In this document: positions 28,170 to 41,224 of the stretch, in pieces
Layout of the letters: each line of letters begins with the position of its first letter
How positions within the stretch are numbered: the first letter of the stretch is position 1
Source: Octopus vulgaris
Taxonomy: Eukaryota
Direction of reading: 5' to 3'
NCBI GenBank assembly: GCA_951406725.2
Contig: OX597833.1
Coordinates: forward strand, 63,736,001-63,800,000
Length of the DNA stretch: 64,000 bases
Program-made: the position numbers and the translations under genes
Notes under the pieces: generated by a model
The model's database searches: none
Seen by the model: only the letters and a program-made list of their open reading frames with translations
Told to the model about the DNA's origin: nothing

Positions 28170-28800
28170 ACACCGCCACCCCACTCCCACCCCTACTACT
28201 ATTATTCCAGCAGTAGCGGTAGCAGCAGCAGCAGCAACAGTAGCAGTAACGCCGCCACCACCACCACCGCCATCACTGCCACCACTACTACGATCACCAC
28301 AAAAAGATTAATAACATCCCCTCCACGACCACCAGCACAAACACCAGAGCCACGGCAACGACGATGACGACAACGACGACGAGAGCCACCACCGCCGCCG
28401 CCACTACAGCGGCTGCAACCACCACCACCACCATCATCACCATTACCACTGCCAGCAGCAGCAGCAGCGCTACCACCATCACAGCCACCATCAAGGCCGC
28501 CGATGTCTTCATACCACCACCACCGCAACCACCACCACCACCGCAACCACCACCACCACCACCACCACCACCACCTACACCACCTACACCACCACCACCT
28601 CTACCACGACTAACACCACCACTTTCACCATCACCCCCACCACCACCGCCACTACCACCTTCACTATCCACACCACTACCTTAACCACCACCACCACCAC
28701 CAAAAACAACAAAGCAGCAACACCATCATCACCACTACTACCAGCAGCAGCAGCTCTATCACCACCGCAGCTACCACCACTGCCGTCGATGTCTTCATAC
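28170..28800. repeat. Degenerate (CCA/CAG/CGA)n array
   Basis: Direct reading. Confidence 0.93.
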
Positions 28801-28996
28801 TGCTACCGGTACCGGACAAGGTTTCTGGATTATTTTTCCGGTTTCCTTTCCTTAATTTGTGAGAGCGGTCGGGTTTATTTCAGATATTCTCATTTTAAAA
28901 ATCATCTCCGGCCAATCGTTGAGAAGACATTGGTGTTGCCTTTGGAGGAGGTTCGCGCTCTCTGAGTGCTCTTGTTTATTATTATAATTGTTGTTG

Positions 28997-29060
<64 letters not shown>

Positions 29061-29115
29061 CATCATCATCATCATTATCATCATCATCATTATCATCATC
29101 ATTATTATTATTATT

Positions 29116-29554
29116 GAGTGAGAGAGCAGTTCATGCCATCAAAGTGACACTGGGGTAAAATATACGAAGCCCAGTATACCCATCATGACTACCCATCTGA
29201 TAAAGGTACACCAGGCACATGCATCACAACCATATGTGCGCGACATGGTGATCTCATATCAAGATAAACAGCACATGACCTTGCAGGTGGGGCCCAGTTA
29301 GAATTTTCTTCAGGTTGAGTAGCCCATCCCGCTCAAACGGTCCCTGAATAAGGGTTGTTTAAGGATGTTGAAAAAAACCACCCATGTTTCCAGAGGTGAA
29401 TTATTCAAACCCCAAAGAATCCCTCTCAACAGACGGCTATGATGCTCCCCCACTACTTCTGCTCGTGATCAGAGATGCACATGTCGTCAGCCACTAAGGG
29501 ACATGCTCAACTGGTGAAGGTCAAACAACTGACAAGCAAATCTGTGGTATTGAG

Positions 29555-29555
<1 letters not shown>
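29116..29555 (-). mobile_element. Family D element, longest copy, flanked by (ATT)n on both sides
   Basis: Aligns to the copies at 4669 and 15228. Confidence 0.88.
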
Positions 29556-29612
<57 letters not shown>

Positions 29613-29621
29613 GTTATTATT

Positions 29622-29710
29622 CTTATCAGACGAGTAGTCCTGATGGATATACTGGGCTTCGTATATTTTACCCCAGTGTCACTTTGATGGCATGCACTGC
29701 TCTCTCACTC
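29622..29710 (+). mobile_element. Family D 3' fragment with (AAT)n tail
   Basis: Reverse complement of 29116-29204 with about 5 substitutions. Confidence 0.85.
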
Positions 29711-29757
<47 letters not shown>

Positions 29758-29761
29758 TAAC

Positions 29762-29805
<44 letters not shown>

Positions 29806-30669
29806 CAACAACAACAATTCACAACAACATTGATCGCACGAACTAAAATACGCAGATTGCGACACCTGGAAACGCAAGTAATGCCAGGTGGGATTCGAAC
29901 ACGGCTCAAGCTTATGAGGAAGGACCGAATGATGGCATTACTCGAAATCAAGTTGTAATCATTATTCATGAATAAGCTTCTTTTACGAATTAGCTGGAAT
30001 CCAAATGTTGCGGTACTGGTAAGAAGCTCTCATGAGAGACGAACAGCAGAATGCCTTCAGAGAAGAAACCGCTGAAACCTAAAATCCTAATGTTGCTGTA
30101 GATAATAGCTCACGGTATATAAATCATGTATGTGAATAAGTAACAACTTTGTGTGTGTGTGTGTGTGTGTGTGAGTAGTGCATTTTCAGATTTCGGTTAA
30201 ATCACAATTGCAAAATAAATTTCATTGACCTTTAAGTTCAGGTGACCTTTCAGAACAGTTTTAACTCTTCCTTAGAAGATCTCTTTGCAAATGTATCGGT
30301 GGAATAGCAAACTCGTTAAATCTCCACCTAAAGTTCTCTTGTCTCATGGAGGCACGATTCATAATGTTCTCAATTCGAGCCTCAATAATTGCTTTGCTGG
30401 TTTTTTTTATCATTTTATTTTTTTGCTCTTTTTCCTCACGTGGTTCGATGATATATGACGTTATGTTACATATGTTTCAATAACAAATACTGTTACGTTA
30501 TGTGATCATCGTAACGTAAACGATTACATAATAGCGTTGAAAGGACACATCGTCAGGAGAATATTCTAATTCACTTTGCTGTTATATAGCAACATAAGCT
30601 AGTTGATAGTGTGAAAGAGTTGTGCTATCACAATTAAAGTAACACTACGTTCATACACAAATACTACTT

Positions 30670-31080
30670 ACTCTCTTTTACTTGTTTCAGTCATTTGACT
30701 GCGGCCATGCTGGAGCACCGCCTTTAGTCGAGCAAATCGACCCCGGGACTTATTCTTTGTAAGCCCAGTACTTATTCTATCGGTCGTCTCTTTTGCCGAA
30801 CCGCTAATTGACGGGGACGTAAACACACCAGCATCGGTTGTCAAGGAATGCTAGAGGGACAAACACAGACACACACACACATACATACATACACATATAT
30901 ATATATACATATAAACGACAGGCTTCTTTCAGTTTCCGTCTACCAAATCCACTCACAAGGCATTGGTCGGCCCGAGGCTATAGCAGAAGACACTTGCCCA
31001 AGATGCCACGCAGTGGGACTGAACCCAGAACCATATGGTTGGTAGTCAAGCTACTTACCACACAGCCACTCCTGCGCCTA
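30670..31080 (-). mobile_element. SINE family A, full length
   Basis: Matches 14360-14846. Confidence 0.9.
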
Positions 31081-31144
31081 TTTACAGATACTGTTTGAAA
31101 ATTGTGGCTTCTTTGGTATATTTGTTTCCAAACAGCACTTATAA

Positions 31145-31461
31145 CCGTCGGTTACGACGACGAGGGTTCCAGTTCTATCAGATCAACGGAACAACCTGCT
31201 CGTGAAATCAACGTGCAAGTGGCTGAGTACTCCACAGACACGCTTACCCTTAACGTAGTTCTCAGGAAGATTCCGCGTGACCCATGGTGTGACAAAGCTG
31301 GCCCCTTTGAATTACTGGTACAATTCATTTTTGCCAGCTGAGTGGACTGGAGCAATAAAGTGAAATAAAGTGTCTTGCTCAAGGACACAACGTGTCGCTG
31401 GGATTTGAACTTACTACTTCACAATCGTGGGTGGAATGACCTGGCCACTAAGCCACGCGCC

Positions 31462-31465
<4 letters not shown>
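31145..31465 (-). mobile_element. SINE sharing the family C 3' tail with a different middle and head
   Basis: ccgtcggttacgacgacgagggttcc tail, gtgtcttgctcaagg CORE-like block, ccactaagccacgcgcc head. Confidence 0.8.
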
Positions 31466-31527
<62 letters not shown>

Positions 31528-31840
31528 ATATATATGTCAATACTGTCTCTAGTTCTCCATCAATTGATGCCATGCAAGATGCAAATAACTATGATTGGCG
31601 GTTGCTGTTGCTTAATCTTCGGCCACCTTTCAGCAGAGCAGGCATAGGACTAAAGACACTCCATCCGTGACAATCCACTCTTTTTAGTTTTCCCTGTTGA
31701 AGTCTTTGATTATGCTGCCAAATGAATGCATCCTTTATTTTTGTCAAACAATAGGAAGGATTTTTGTGAGGAATTTGACTGCTTTTTCTAGCTTGAATAA
31801 CGGGCAGTTTCCCTTCTCTTTTAAGATCGTATGAAGACTG

Positions 31841-31872
<32 letters not shown>

Positions 31873-32150
31873 GGGGTGGTGCGTCAGTCTCAGACCGTGT
31901 CTGATCAAACAGGCCAATTATGAAAGACGTTCTAAATGTGACCATCCACTCTTTCCTGTTTCGCGAGATGTTTTATAATTTAGGACAGGCAGAAACAAAT
32001 TTTCTCGAGAAATGGGAAGGATGAGATGTGGATCATCCTCAGGCGAGCAGCACAAAAAGTAATTATTCATTTGGCATTTCATTCAGAATGTCCCGCGGGC
32101 CGCAATAGGCCAATGACTGATCTAGAATTTCATTTCAACACTCGGGAGTG

Positions 32151-32185
<35 letters not shown>

Positions 32186-32799
32186 CAAAGAGTGAGAGAG
32201 TGCGTGTGTGTGTTCGCGCGAACGAGTGTGTCTGTGTCTGTATGTGTGTTTGCGCCTAAGTGGTTTGACTGCTACTTCTAGCTCGGAATTGCATTTAAAG
32301 ATAACCTTGTTGACTTCCTTCTGATAAGGGAAATGCGTGGCTTAGTGGTTAAGGTGTCGGACTCATGGTCGTAAGATTGTAGTTTCGATTTGTGGGCCAG
32401 GCGACGCGTTGTGATCTTGAGCAAAACACTTTATTCATTTTTCAATTTTGTGGCGTCAACAACCTATAAATATAGTGAGATGCGGCACTGGAGGACAACA
32501 GTGAAACATGTAGAATACTGGAAACAACACGCAAAAGATATGGACGTGATCACCTCTCATCAGTTATCGACCAATAATCACTACAATTTCGGCCCTTTAT
32601 CAATAATATTGTTAAATTTTATGGCGTCGAAAACCTACTGGAGTGGCGAACACGAAGGGCAGACTACGTTTAGTACAAAAGAAGACGGGGTTCTTCAGAC
32701 CAAAGGGGAAAAAGACCAAGCCACGAGAACAACAGGAAAATATATAAAACGAAAACAAGGAAAGGCAGTAACGAGAAAATAATATATAATAAGCGGAAC

Positions 32800-33050
32800 A
32801 GTGGAGGCCCGTGGCTTATTGATTAGGGTATAAGACTCATGAGTGTAAGATCGTGGTTTCGATTCATGGACCAGGCGACGCGTTGGATTCTTATGCAAAA
32901 CACATCATTTCACTTTGCTCCAGTCTACTCAGCTGGGAACGATGAGTAACCCTGCAATGAACTGGCGTCCCGTCCAGGTGAGGTATTTATACGCCATGGA
33001 AAGCGGGAATCCACCCCTACGAGACCATATGACTCGGGAAGGAAATTGAC
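32800..33050 (+). mobile_element. Old tRNA-headed SINE (related partial copy at 32330-32432)
   Basis: gtggcttattgattagg..ggtttcgattc boxes; ctggcgtcccgtccagg tail also seen at 27390. Confidence 0.7.
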
Positions 33051-33558
33051 TTATTTATGTTAATTATACTTTTGGCACAAGACTACCAGTTTTAAAAGGA
33101 GGGGGGCAAACTGATTTCACCGCCCCAATTACTTTGACTCGTAGTTTGTTTTATCGACCTTGAAGGGATAAAATTAAACTCAATTCTAGTCAAAATTGAA
33201 ATCAGGAACTAACGAGTGGCAACAAATACCACAAGGCATTTTACCAGAGTTCTAACATACCATCTTTCCGCCATAAATTGTCTCAAATATTTAGCACAAG
33301 GCCAGCAAAGTTCCGACGGGGTGGCGGGGATAATCGTTTACATCCACAAGTATACTCAAGTGGCAAGGACGGAATGCTAAGTTGTAATCGGCTCAATGAT
33401 GAAGTGAGGAAGTTAAGAGCCGAACAAAGGGGCAGATAAGCATTTTGTCCGGCGCTCTGATGATTTCTTTTTTCCGTTCGCAACCTTTGACCTCGTTGTG
33501 AAAATAATCAAAGAAACACTTGACAGAAACACCTTCCTGTGTGCATGTATGTATGTGC

Positions 33559-33610
<52 letters not shown>

Positions 33611-33698
33611 GCGCGCGCGTGTATATGTATATATGTTTCTATACCTACATGCACATATGTGAGTGTACATATTCATATATACATGTATATATATAAAT

Positions 33699-33758
<60 letters not shown>

Positions 33759-33795
33759 ATATGTATATATATATGTATATATATATATATACATA

Positions 33796-33843
<48 letters not shown>

Positions 33844-33950
33844 GTATTGACATTACGATACATTTAGATTTATACATACATACACTCATACATATATTCA
33901 TATACATTTTTACAAATACACACACACACACACATACATACATACATACA

Positions 33951-33986
<36 letters not shown>

Positions 33987-34311
33987 TATGTGTATACACA
34001 CACAGATGCACACACATGAAGATTACAAGTATATGTGAGGTTGCACAAGTATAAATAAACAGCCAGAAAGGTCACCGAACTCTTTACCTTGAGGTCAATT
34101 GAGAAGGTCAGACAATAGAAGAAGAAGAGACCTATTCTAAGCAAATGACGTTGTGTTGTGAACTGCAGACGACTACAAAATGGTCGTTTGATATTTAAAT
34201 TTATTCCGAGAATCCTCGTCGAATCTATTTTCACGTGATTCTACTTAACAAGCTATACAAACAAATTACTACTTAACAAGATTTTTCTCGACTCTGGTCT
34301 GGTGTGTGTGT

Positions 34312-34374
<63 letters not shown>

Positions 34375-34633
34375 AGAGTGTGTTTTATTTTTGTAGCGTT
34401 GTCTTCTGTATTGTTGTTGTTGTTGTTGTTGGTGGTGGTGTTGTCATTTTGCTTCATCTCGAAGAGGTTAATGTTTTGTCGCTGGTTGTGAATACATAAA
34501 GGTGAATATGTATGTATGTATGCATTATATATATATATATATGTATGTATGTATGTATGTGAGTGTATATATATATATGTGTGTGTGTGTGTGCATACAT
34601 ACATTGTTTCATACCATACTCATTCATATATAC

Positions 34634-34701
<68 letters not shown>

Positions 34702-34709
<8 letters not shown>

Positions 34710-35135
34710 ATATTTCGGAATGGCCATATTGCCAGTTTAGCCAATAAAAACACACGCACTATATATTTGGTGTTATTTTGCTTCAGTGATATTTATTTTT
34801 TACATTAATCTTAATCTTATTTCGGCCAAAGTTCTTTCGTCACACTCCTGTGACCGCATCAGTGGTCCTTTGTTTTCTTCTCACTTACTTGTGTCTCTCC
34901 TTACTAACCGTCAGCCATTAGTAAGACGGTTAGTAAGGAGAGACACAAGTAAGTGAGAAGAAAACAAAGGACCACTGATGCGGTCACAGGAGTGTGACGA
35001 AAGAACTTTGGCCGAAATAAGATTAAGATTAATGTAAAAAATAAATATCACTGAAGCAAAATAACACCAAATATATAGTGCGTGTGTTTTTATTGGCTAA
35101 ACTGGCAATATGGCCATTCCGAAATATAACAATAT
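34702..35135. mobile_element. Palindromic pair of PLE pseudo-LTR fragments (211-bp arms, 12-bp spacer)
   Basis: 34702-34912 is the reverse complement of 34925-35135; both are homologous to the pLTR at 37230-37445. Confidence 0.9.
34972..35011 (+). ncRNA. Hammerhead motif, variant (mirror copy at 34826-34865 on minus)
   Basis: CCA-CUGAUGC-G-GUCACA(GGAG)UGUGAC-GAAA-GAAC-UU/UGG; A9>C and a CUU triplet relative to the canonical copy at 37284. Confidence 0.6.
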
Positions 35136-35257
35136 CTGTTTCAACACACGACTTCACATAAAAAATCTTGCACAACAAATATTTAAACTTATATATATAT
35201 ATATATATATATAAATACATATATACATATACGTATCTATCTATCTATCTATCTATC

Positions 35258-35301
<44 letters not shown>

Positions 35302-35920
35302 TGCTTCATGTTGAGTTATGATAGCCGTCCCATCAACACACACCACATCACATCACACACTACAATCACTCCGTTGATGAGCCCTTAGATAACTCAATAT
35401 ACATACATATGTATATGTATATATATATATATATATGTATGTCATCATCATCACCACCATCATCATCATCATCTTCTTCTCCTTCTCCTTCTTCTTCTTC
35501 TTCTTCTTCTTCTTCTTCTTCTTCTTCATCATCATCATCATCATCATCAACATCGTCATCTTCTTCTTCTGCTCCACCTTCTACCTCTTAACTTTATCAC
35601 TAATGCTTTTTAGTAAAACACCTACGCAAATTCCACAAACAAACCTCTCAATAGAAATATTCTCCTGAATTGAACTGCAACTGCTAGCCGTCACTGACCA
35701 TTCAAAATACAACAATCAAGGCACTCCCAAATTTTTCCACCTCCTCTCCTCATTAGCCTTCTTCTTCTTCTACCCTACCAAGAATTCACAACGACCTCGA
35801 ACACACAAGTGCAAACAAGGGAGTCAGAGAAAGGCAGAATGCCACTTATACTTGAACACTATACAAATATTCCTTTAAAAAAACTTTTCTTCTAATTTTT
35901 CTAAATTTAATTATTTAATC

Positions 35921-35966
35921 GTTACAGTTGAAAAGGTCTCAAAATGACCGAAACCGGTACTGAAAT
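35921..35966 (+). ncRNA. Minimal type I hammerhead ribozyme with U3-A8 core
   Basis: CAG-UUGAAAA-GGUC(UCAAAAU)GACC-GAAA-CCGG-UA/CUG; palindromic ACCGGU stem III, GUA triplet, predicted cut after 35959; ~45 bp upstream of (TA)n. Confidence 0.75.
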
Positions 35967-36006
35967 GTTCTTTATAAAATTATTTTAGCATTTTCTATTT
36001 TGACTT

Positions 36007-36063
<57 letters not shown>

Positions 36064-36163
36064 CACATTCATATATTTGTGAGCGTATGTATATATACTC
36101 AAACATAGATACTCAGACAGACAAAAATGCACGTACACTCCCTGACATTATGTATATAAAGAG

Positions 36164-36226
<63 letters not shown>

Positions 36227-36625
36227 AAAGAGTGATGCTGTTGTTTTCTATACAAAGGAGCCATGAAGAAATTTGATACTATCATACGTAACGATAGGAA
36301 TGGGATTTGCCCACACTATAGGATCAAGTCATGGAACACTATTGAAAGGACTAAAGCCAACTCTTGGTATGATAGCCACAAATACCAGAGTATCATGTTC
36401 GGTGACACCACCTCTAGAGGTAAACTGGCGCACCGATTTAGAAGGGCCCTAGACAAATTTAAGCAAAAGATTAAGGTTGTTGAAAGGCCAGACAACCCTA
36501 TCAAATCCCTAATCTGTAGAACCTATCCTTTTAGTAGAACCCCCTATACGGATAGGAACTGTACTGTGTGTAGATTTAGCCCACAAACAAACTGTAAAGT
36601 CAGAAATGTAGTCTATAGTGTAATA

Positions 36626-37009
36626 GTGGAGGTGCAATGGCCCAGTGGTTAGGGCAGCGGACTCGCGGTCGTAGGATCGCGGTTTCGATTCCCAGACCGG
36701 GTGTTGTGAGTGTTTATTGAGCGAAAACACCTAAAGCTCCACGATGCTCCGGCAGGGATGGTGGTGATCCCTGCTGTACTCTTTCACCACAACTTTCTCT
36801 CACTCTTACTTCCTGTTTCTGTTGTACCTGTATTTCAAAGGGACTCTCTGTGTCACTCCCTGTGTCACGCTGAATATCCCCGAGAACTACGTTAAGGGTG
36901 CACGTGTCTGTGGAGTGCTCAGCCACTTACACGTTAATTTCACGAGCAGGCTGTTCCGTTGATCGGATCAACCGGAACCCTCGTCGCCGTAACCGACGGA
37001 GTGCTTCCA
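36626..37009 (+). mobile_element. SINE family C, full length, inserted in the GIY-YIG motif
   Basis: TSD ctatagtgtaa at 36613-36623 and 37012-37022. Confidence 0.95.
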
Positions 37010-37283
37010 AACTATAGTGTAAGATGTACAGAGGGACGATGTAGTAATAAGACAACGAGGTACGTAGGGGAAACGGCACGGAGCATAGGAGGGTGGATAA
37101 ATGAACATTGGAGGGAACAAATACCGCGAACGTGTATACACAGGAGATACAAATAATACAGGCACTTCCACCCCACCACTAACTAAACATAGACACACAT
37201 AGAGTTATACGCTTACGCAAAATACAAAATGGCTGATCGTTAGTAAGGAGAGACACACAAATAAGAAAGAAGAAAGCCATGAA

Positions 37284-37323
37284 CCACTGATGAGGTCACA
37301 GAAGTGTGACGAAAGATCTCTGG
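37284..37323 (+). ncRNA. Minimal type I hammerhead ribozyme in PLE pLTR
   Basis: CCA-CUGAUGA-G-GUCACA(GAAG)UGUGAC-GAAA-GAUC-UC/UGG; palindromic AGAUCU stem III; predicted cut after 37320. Confidence 0.85.
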
Positions 37324-37504
37324 CCGAAATAAGATTAAGATTAATGTAAAAAATAAAATAAAGCTGAAGCAAATTGACACCAAATATATAGTGCGTATGA
37401 TTTTATTGGCTGAACTGGCAACATGACCTTTCCTAAATACAACAATATATATATATATATATGTGTGTGTATGCGCGTGTGAGTGTGTATGTATGTATGT
37501 ATAT

Positions 37505-37702
37505 GTTTGTGTGTCTGTGTTTGTCCACCCAACATCGCTTGACAACCGATGCTGGTGTGTTTATATCCCCGTCACTTAACGGTTTGGCAAGAGAGACCGA
37601 TAGAATAAGTAATAGGCTTACAAAGTCCTGGGGTCGAATTGCTCGATTAAAGGCAGTGCTCCAGCATGGCCACAGTCAAATGACTGAAACAAATGAAAGA
37701 AT
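37505..37702 (+). mobile_element. SINE family A, 3' half
   Basis: caacatcgcttgacaaccgatgctgg..cagtcaaatgactgaaac. Confidence 0.85.
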
Positions 37703-38172
37703 AGCGAGGGGGTTATATCTGAATGCATTTGTCAAAGATGCCATGAAGATAGACTGAACCCAGAACAAAATGGTTGGCAAGCAATCTTAAGCCATAGCCA
37801 CGCATGTTACCTAAAATAGTTACTAATCTTTCAAATAATGTACATAAGCAATTGTAGCGTGGAAGGTGTTTCGTTTCAGCACACGATCTCAGATCAGGTC
37901 ACGTGCTATGCAAGTACATCTGCGTAAATGTACATAAAATATGGCGGAAAACACAGTTGGAACGGCAAACATTATTTTTGTGCATCGCTTTAAACATGAT
38001 CTTATTTTGTATATTGTTCAGTTCCTCCATTAAACGCTTTACGCTAAAACTTATCTCCTTAATGCCCTGCAAAATATGTGTTTCTCTGTATATATATTTT
38101 TTTTTAGAAAATTATTTCCGTCATTGGTGTAAGGCGGTGTTGGGGAACCGCCTTGGAGACTTTAAGGGAATA

Positions 38173-38372
38173 GTATGTATGTATGTATGTATGTATGTAT
38201 GTATGTATGTATGTATGTATGTATGTATGTATGTATGTATGTATGTATGTATGTATGTATGTATGTATGTATGTATGTATGTATGTATGTATGTATGTAT
38301 GTATGTATGTGTGTACGTATGTATGTATGTATGTGTGTATGTATGTGTGTACGTATGTATGTGTGTGTATGA

Positions 38373-38450
<78 letters not shown>

Positions 38451-38455
38451 GTATT
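38173..38455. repeat. (GTAT)n then (TA)n and (TG)n
   Basis: Direct reading. Confidence 0.97.
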
Positions 38456-38981
38456 TATGAATGTGTGTGCATGTAGGTATATAATCTTTGTTTCTGTTTC
38501 TCCCTCACTGTAAACATCCGCACACATCCATCCATTGGTTTGGTAGAAAAAAGAGGATAACCAGAAGGCAATTGTTTTTGTTGCTGTTGTTGTTGTTGCT
38601 GTTATTGTTGCTTCTTCTTCTTCTTCTTCTTCTTCTTCTTCTTCTTTTTCTTCTTCTTTCTTCTTCTTCTTCTTCTTCTTCTTCTTCTTTCTTCTTCTTC
38701 TTCTTCGTCTTCTTCTTCTTCCACTCCTTCTTCTTCTTCTAACCCTCCTCCTCCTCCTTCTTATTTTGAATTGTCAGGCTTTACATAAGTGAATCAATGA
38801 TTGAACGTTTCGTGCATGGCGCGTAAGCACACAAGTACAAACACACACACACACACACTCACACACACGCACACACGCACATGCAAACACACGCACACAC
38901 ACACATACACACAAGCACACATGTTGATATATAAGTGTGTGTATTTATATATATACATATGTGTAACTATATGTATATATG

Positions 38982-39039
<58 letters not shown>

Positions 39040-39162
39040 TACATATACATAGGTAATATTAACTATATATATATATTTATATGTGTAAATCCGGGTATGT
39101 TAAGAGAAAGATAGTCTATCTATCCATCCATCCATCCGTCTATCTATCTCTCTATCTCTCTC

Positions 39163-39234
<72 letters not shown>

Positions 39235-39483
39235 CCTATCTATCTATCTATCTCTCTATATATACATACATATATATCCAAAGAGAGAGAAAAGAGAGAG
39301 AGAGAGTGAGAGAGAGAGAGTGAGAGAGATGAAATAAAACCGTACCAGAGAAAGAAAGAGAGAAAGAGAAGGAGGAATGAATCACTTTATCTATATTAAA
39401 TACGCAATATAATAATATCATTGTACAATGTTCTTCCTGGGGGATATCTATGAATCGAATCACGAGGTCAATGACGTCACTAT

Positions 39484-39536
<53 letters not shown>

Positions 39537-39888
39537 CTACGCACTGACACACTAATGCGTCCATACAAACTCTCACTCACGCATGAAAGATAACAGGTTA
39601 CTTCCTTCCCTCTGGTAGTACTTTACGATAGATAACACAGAATTGTTAGGTGAAGGTCAATTACGTTGTGACTCATTTGTTTTTATTTTTCTTTGTTGCA
39701 GGCATTGGAATGCGGTCATGCTGGGGCACCGCTTGGAAGGGCCGATAGTTCAACAGATCGACAATAGAATAAGACTAATTTCTCTTTTTTTTCGTTTGAA
39801 AGTCGAACCTGGAATTTTCGATAACACTAAACAAACAGCCGTTGTCTAGTATTCATTGTTTGGACATGCAGACACACATGCACACATA

Positions 39889-39934
<46 letters not shown>

Positions 39935-40354
39935 ACACACACACACACACACACACACATACATACACACACACACTCACACACACACATACACTCACAC
40001 ACACAGACACACACACAGCATGCAAACAGATCGAGGTCGACTTTGCCATTCATCTTTTCGGGGTCGATGAAATAAGCACCAGTTACACACTGAGGTCGAT
40101 GTAATCGACTACCCCTTCTCCCAAAATTATCAAGGCCTTGTGCCTAGAGTACAAATAATTACATATTAGAGAGGATTCCAGGCAGTTTCCGTCGACGAAA
40201 TTTACTCATTAGGCATTGAATAGTTCGAGGCTATATTAGAAACACATTTGCCACGTGCTTATAAAGCAGGTTTCTTAAACATACAACCAAGACTCTCTTT
40301 CTCAATCTGTCTTACTCTCTCTCTCGGTTTCTCTCTATATGTATGCATGTATAC

Positions 40355-40442
<88 letters not shown>

Positions 40443-40463
40443 ACATATATATATATATCTATT

Positions 40464-40510
<47 letters not shown>

Positions 40511-40584
40511 ATAAGATCGTTAATTTAAATATCGATCTTATCAAGTGACCAGCATGGGAATAAAACTCTTCAAAGGAAATAATT

Positions 40585-40906
40585 ATTATTAAAATTATGA
40601 TTTAGGGTATCTAAGAGATACCTCCACGCTGGAAATAGCAAACAAATCTTGACTCTAGAACCACATTAAATGTTCATACAGCACCAGGAGAGAAGACAAA
40701 GAGACAAAATAAACTAGCGAAAAATTATGCAAAGACAGAAATCCAGGATCTGGAATTATCCTGTAATTTTTCGTTAGTTTATTTTGTCTCTTTGTCTTCT
40801 CTCCTGGTGCTGTATGAACATTTAATGTGGTTCTAGAGTCAAGATTTGGCTGCTATTTCCAGCGTGGAGGTATCTCTTTGATACCCTAAATTATAATTTT
40901 AATAAT
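40585..40906. repeat. Long inverted repeat (143-bp arms, 36-bp spacer)
   Basis: 40585-40727 versus 40764-40906, about 6 differences. Confidence 0.92.
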
Positions 40907-40950
40907 GATTATACACATACATATATATGTATATATATATATATATATAT

Positions 40951-41008
<58 letters not shown>

Positions 41009-41023
41009 TAATTTATTATATAG

Positions 41024-41090
41024 AAGGAGCTTCTACAGGACTAGAACTGTTTCATTCAAGAGAAATCTTCAGGAAGCTCTTGAGCACTCC
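41024..41090 (-). ncRNA. Type I hammerhead ribozyme with extended bulged stem I
   Basis: GGAG[UGCUCAA]GAGCUUC-CUGAAGA-UUUC(UCUU)GAAU-GAAA-CAG(UUCUAGUC)CUG-UA/GAAGCUC-CUUC; GUA triplet; U.U mismatch at the base of stem II. Confidence 0.75.
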
Positions 41091-41141
41091 AGCTTCCTGA
41101 AGATTTCTCTTGAATGAAACAGTTCTAGTCCTGTAGAAGCT
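41091..41141 (+). ncRNA. Type I hammerhead ribozyme (mirror copy)
   Basis: AGCUUC-CUGAAGA-...-GAAA-CAG..CUG-UA/GAAGCU; predicted cut after 41135. Confidence 0.72.
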
Positions 41142-41224
41142 CCTTCTATATAATAAATTAATTTTACTCTGCTATGTATTGAGTACCTTATTTACTGTGG
41201 TTAACCCCGAATCAAACCGGGACC

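Larger units (their letters stand above)
36225..37445 (+). mobile_element. 5'-truncated Penelope-like element (linker, GIY-YIG endonuclease, pLTR) split by a SINE
   Basis: KIKVVERPD..PF..CTVC..NCKVRNVVYSV|RCTEGRC..RYVGETARSIG..INEH joins in frame across the SINE; the 3' non-coding part carries an HHR and ends at (TA)n. Confidence 0.9.

Noticed and set aside
36626-36700. tRNA gene
   Set aside because: A and B boxes are present but there is no proper acceptor stem and it continues into the SINE body; the same holds for the other SINE heads.
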